Below are positions 61,381 to 64,000 of a stretch of 64,000 bases of DNA, piece by piece. Within the stretch, counting starts at the first letter, position 1, and every line of letters starts with the position of its first letter. The stretch is from Neoechinorhynchus agilis (Eukaryota > Animalia > Acanthocephala). The position numbers were made by a program, and so were the translations under genes. The notes beneath the pieces are model-generated. The model was given only the letters and a program-made list of their open reading frames with translations, was not told the DNA's origin and did no database searches. Location of the stretch: assembly GCA_051530055.1 (NCBI GenBank), contig CM121342.1:62001-126000 (forward strand). Reading direction: 5' to 3'.

Positions 61381-61760
61381 TACATTTCTTTTTAACTCAA
61401 TATTGCGTCTAGGACATCCTCCAAAAACATGGCTGGAAAAAAAACAATTCTCCTCCCAAAGAGCAAATCGAACTCACCGTCATACAGATCCAAAAATCTA
61501 TGCGACCGATCACTATATCGTCGATTTTGCTACGAATCTTCCATCGGATAATACTTGCAAGATTACGATCATAATGTCCAGTATCTGGACATCAAACCGC
61601 GTTCGATAGTACGCCATGCTTGTCAAACATCCCTATATTAAGGAGTCTTTTAAAGCAAAAGCGGCACGAAAGGAAACCGCTTCATGTAGCGGTACTAGAC
61701 ATAAAGTCTGCATTTGACACGGTAAGTCACGAAATAGTGTCCAAAAAGTAGCTAGAGCGT
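60820..61760. repeat. Inverted repeat of an R2-like RT segment: 380-bp arms, 181-bp spacer
   Basis: 60820-61199 is the reverse complement of 61381-61760; I saw only two mismatches. The arms encode PPKTWLE..RPIT..VLDIKSAFDTVSH. Confidence 0.93.
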
Positions 61761-62064
61761 GGCTCTCTGAGGCTGACAGAGAAGCTAAATATACGAGCTC
61801 GCTCAGAACAATGGGTTGTGGCAAAGACTCATTCAATGGGTCACGAGAATTGGGACACCGGAAACTTCGACCATCAACTTATTTCCTTCAGATATCGAAC
61901 AGACCAATACCGAAATTACGTTTAGCCTGTTAAGCTCCGATACCCGCTGATGGAAATGAGCTCATTCTTAAAACGAGTAGACAGAAACCGACCCGGTGCT
62001 TTTCAGGCCCTGTTCGTGTCCACACGAGACCCTTCTCCATGCGACGGAGTACGAAATGATATCA

Positions 62065-63570
62065 CAGTTGGAGCATATCTGATGCGCTAATTTCAATGGT
62101 GTTATCATATTTTTATGAATATTGCAAACTTAGTGATCTATCACTCTTGTGACTTTTGACCAATTATGATCGAACGATTTCCGACGTTAATAATACAGCT
62201 GTAGTTTGCTGAATCAGTTAATTTAGTGCATTTAACGAGGTAATTCCAAATCTGTATTCGGATTTGCGATAGCTGTCACGGTTCTTCAGTTATTCGTTAT
62301 TCAATTTTGAGGCCAATAACCTTGATTATTGATATTAAAACGTAAATAAATTTCAGATCAAATTAATTTTGCTAGATCCACTTTTGACGCTGAATACATC
62401 TGCAATAACGGTTTCTTGTTGCTTGTTAAATTTTGACACTTAGTTTTTAGATTCTAGTTCATATAAGACACCTGAATTATATCCATGGTGCTTAAAAGTG
62501 GTAACGAAATGATAAAACAATTTGAGCATATCTGACGCGCTGATTTCAATGGTGTTATCCAATTTTAATGAATCTTGCAAATTTAGTGATCTTTCACTCT
62601 TGTGACTTCTGACCAAATATGATCATGCGATTTCCGACGTCAATAATACAGCTGTAGTTGGCAAGATCCGTTCATTTAGTACATCTTTACGCGCTCATTC
62701 CAAATCTGTATTCAGATCTGCGATAGCTGTCAAGTTTTTTGAGTTATTCGTTGTTAAATTCTGAGACTTATAACCTTGATTATCTATATTAAACATCAAT
62801 AAATTTCAGATCAAATAAACTTTTCTAGATCTACTTTTGATGCTGAATACACCTGCAATAACGGCTTCTTGTTGCTTGTTAAATTTTGACCTAAGTTTTA
62901 AGATTCTAGTTCATATAAAACACCTAAATTATATCCATGTTGCTTTAAAGTGGAAACCAAATGATATATCAATTTGAGCATATCTGACGCGCTGATTTCA
63001 ATCGTGTTATCCAATTTTTATGAATCTTGCAAATTTGGTGATCTTTCACTCTTGTGACTTTTGACCATATATGATCATGTGATTACCAACGTGAATAATA
63101 AGCTGTAGTTTTTTCAATCAATTCATTCAGTACATCTTTACGCGATGATTCCAAATCTGTATCCAGATCTGCGATAGCTTTCATGGTTCTTGAGTTATTC
63201 ATTGTTCAATTCTGAGACTTAAAACCTTGACTGTTGATATTAAAACATCAATAAATTTCAAATATAATTAACTTTTCTAGATCTACTTTTGATGGTGAAT
63301 AGCCCTACAATAACGCCGTCTTGTTGCTTGTTAAATTTCGGCACTAAGTTTTAAGATTCTAGTTCATAAAGGACACATAAATTATACCCATCGTGCTGAA
63401 AAGTGGAAACAAAATGATATATCAATTTGAGCATATCTGACGTGCTGATTTCAATGGTGCTATTTAATTTTAATGAATCTTGTATATTTAGTGATCTTTC
63501 ACTCTTGTGACATTTGACCAAATATGATCATTCGATTACCGACGTGAATACTACAGCTGTAGCTTGCTAC
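62065..63570 (-). repeat. 455-bp satellite, ~3.3 units, inverted relative to the 2.6-4.4 kb array
   Basis: CCAT(G)GTGCT..AAAGTGG at ~62481, 62934 and 63387. Confidence 0.9.
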
Positions 63571-63666
63571 TGCGATTTAAAATATAAATATATGTACGCA
63601 AATCTCAATAGGTAAGTCGTCGATTATTGGTCGAAGGCGGCGAACAAACGTCCTAACGGTATAAAA

Positions 63667-64000
63667 TCAGCAGAATCCTTGCGGAGTGGAAATCACCAGG
63701 TATTTCTGCGATGCTTTGTTCACTGGTAGCTGTAAATAAGCTTTTTTCATATCTATCAAAGAAAACTTAGATCCATCTGATATTTTTTTCAGTACCTGAT
63801 CAATAGTGGGTATCAGATACGGGCCCGTTGTCAAATACTTGTTGATGGTTACTCGAAAATCGGCGCATATACGAATTTTTCCGCTGTCGCTTTTGACAAT
63901 CACTAATGGCGACGCCCACTCTAGCGGTTCTTTGTTTACATCTACGTGCTTCAGGATCCCTGAATTAGCCATTTCATCTAAAGTGCCCCATCGGGATTAC
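63667..64000 (-). mobile_element. Ty3/gypsy RT fragment running off the window edge
   Basis: WASPLVIV...IRICADFRVTINK...Y.IP..D...FSLIDMKKAYLQ...STPQG. Confidence 0.88.

Noticed and set aside
1-64000. Uni-strand piRNA-cluster-like orientation bias
   Set aside because: My count is about 21 minus versus 14 plus fragments, in blocks. That is too weak to claim without small-RNA data.
1-64000. Alternative genetic code explaining the many stops
   Set aside because: Young ORFs of 500-700 codons read cleanly in the standard code, and broken copies also have frameshifts, which points to decay.
1-64000. Prokaryotic RT systems (retron, DGR, group II intron) or tRNA/snRNA/SL genes
   Set aside because: All RTs carry eukaryotic retroelement signatures; I recognised no tRNA, U2 or spliced-leader sequence.

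Overview
Eukaryotic (probably invertebrate) heterochromatin-like window made almost entirely of nested, mostly degenerate retroelements, three satellite families and short 28S rDNA pieces. There is no intact rDNA unit. The dominant component is a family of RLE-type (R2/NeSL-group) non-LTR retrotransposons, present as at least 10 fragments. Their 3' ends abut the canonical R2 site of 28S and their 5' junctions fall about 10 nt upstream of it. Their N-terminus is unusual: four zinc fingers, no recognisable Myb, and an OTU-fold domain lacking the catalytic Cys in four diverged copies. An APE-type two-ORF LINE sits at the same 28S site with a perfect 10-bp target duplication. Also present: a Ty3/gypsy element with LTRs, a 5-bp TSD and a putative self-priming stem instead of a tRNA PBS; Penelope, CR1/L2, RTE and CRE-clade elements; a 380-bp near-perfect inverted repeat; and one apparent host gene, a compact DHHC-family protein with SHHC in place of DHHC. 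All calls come from motif recognition and alignment by eye, and boundaries are approximate unless a TSD or junction is quoted.
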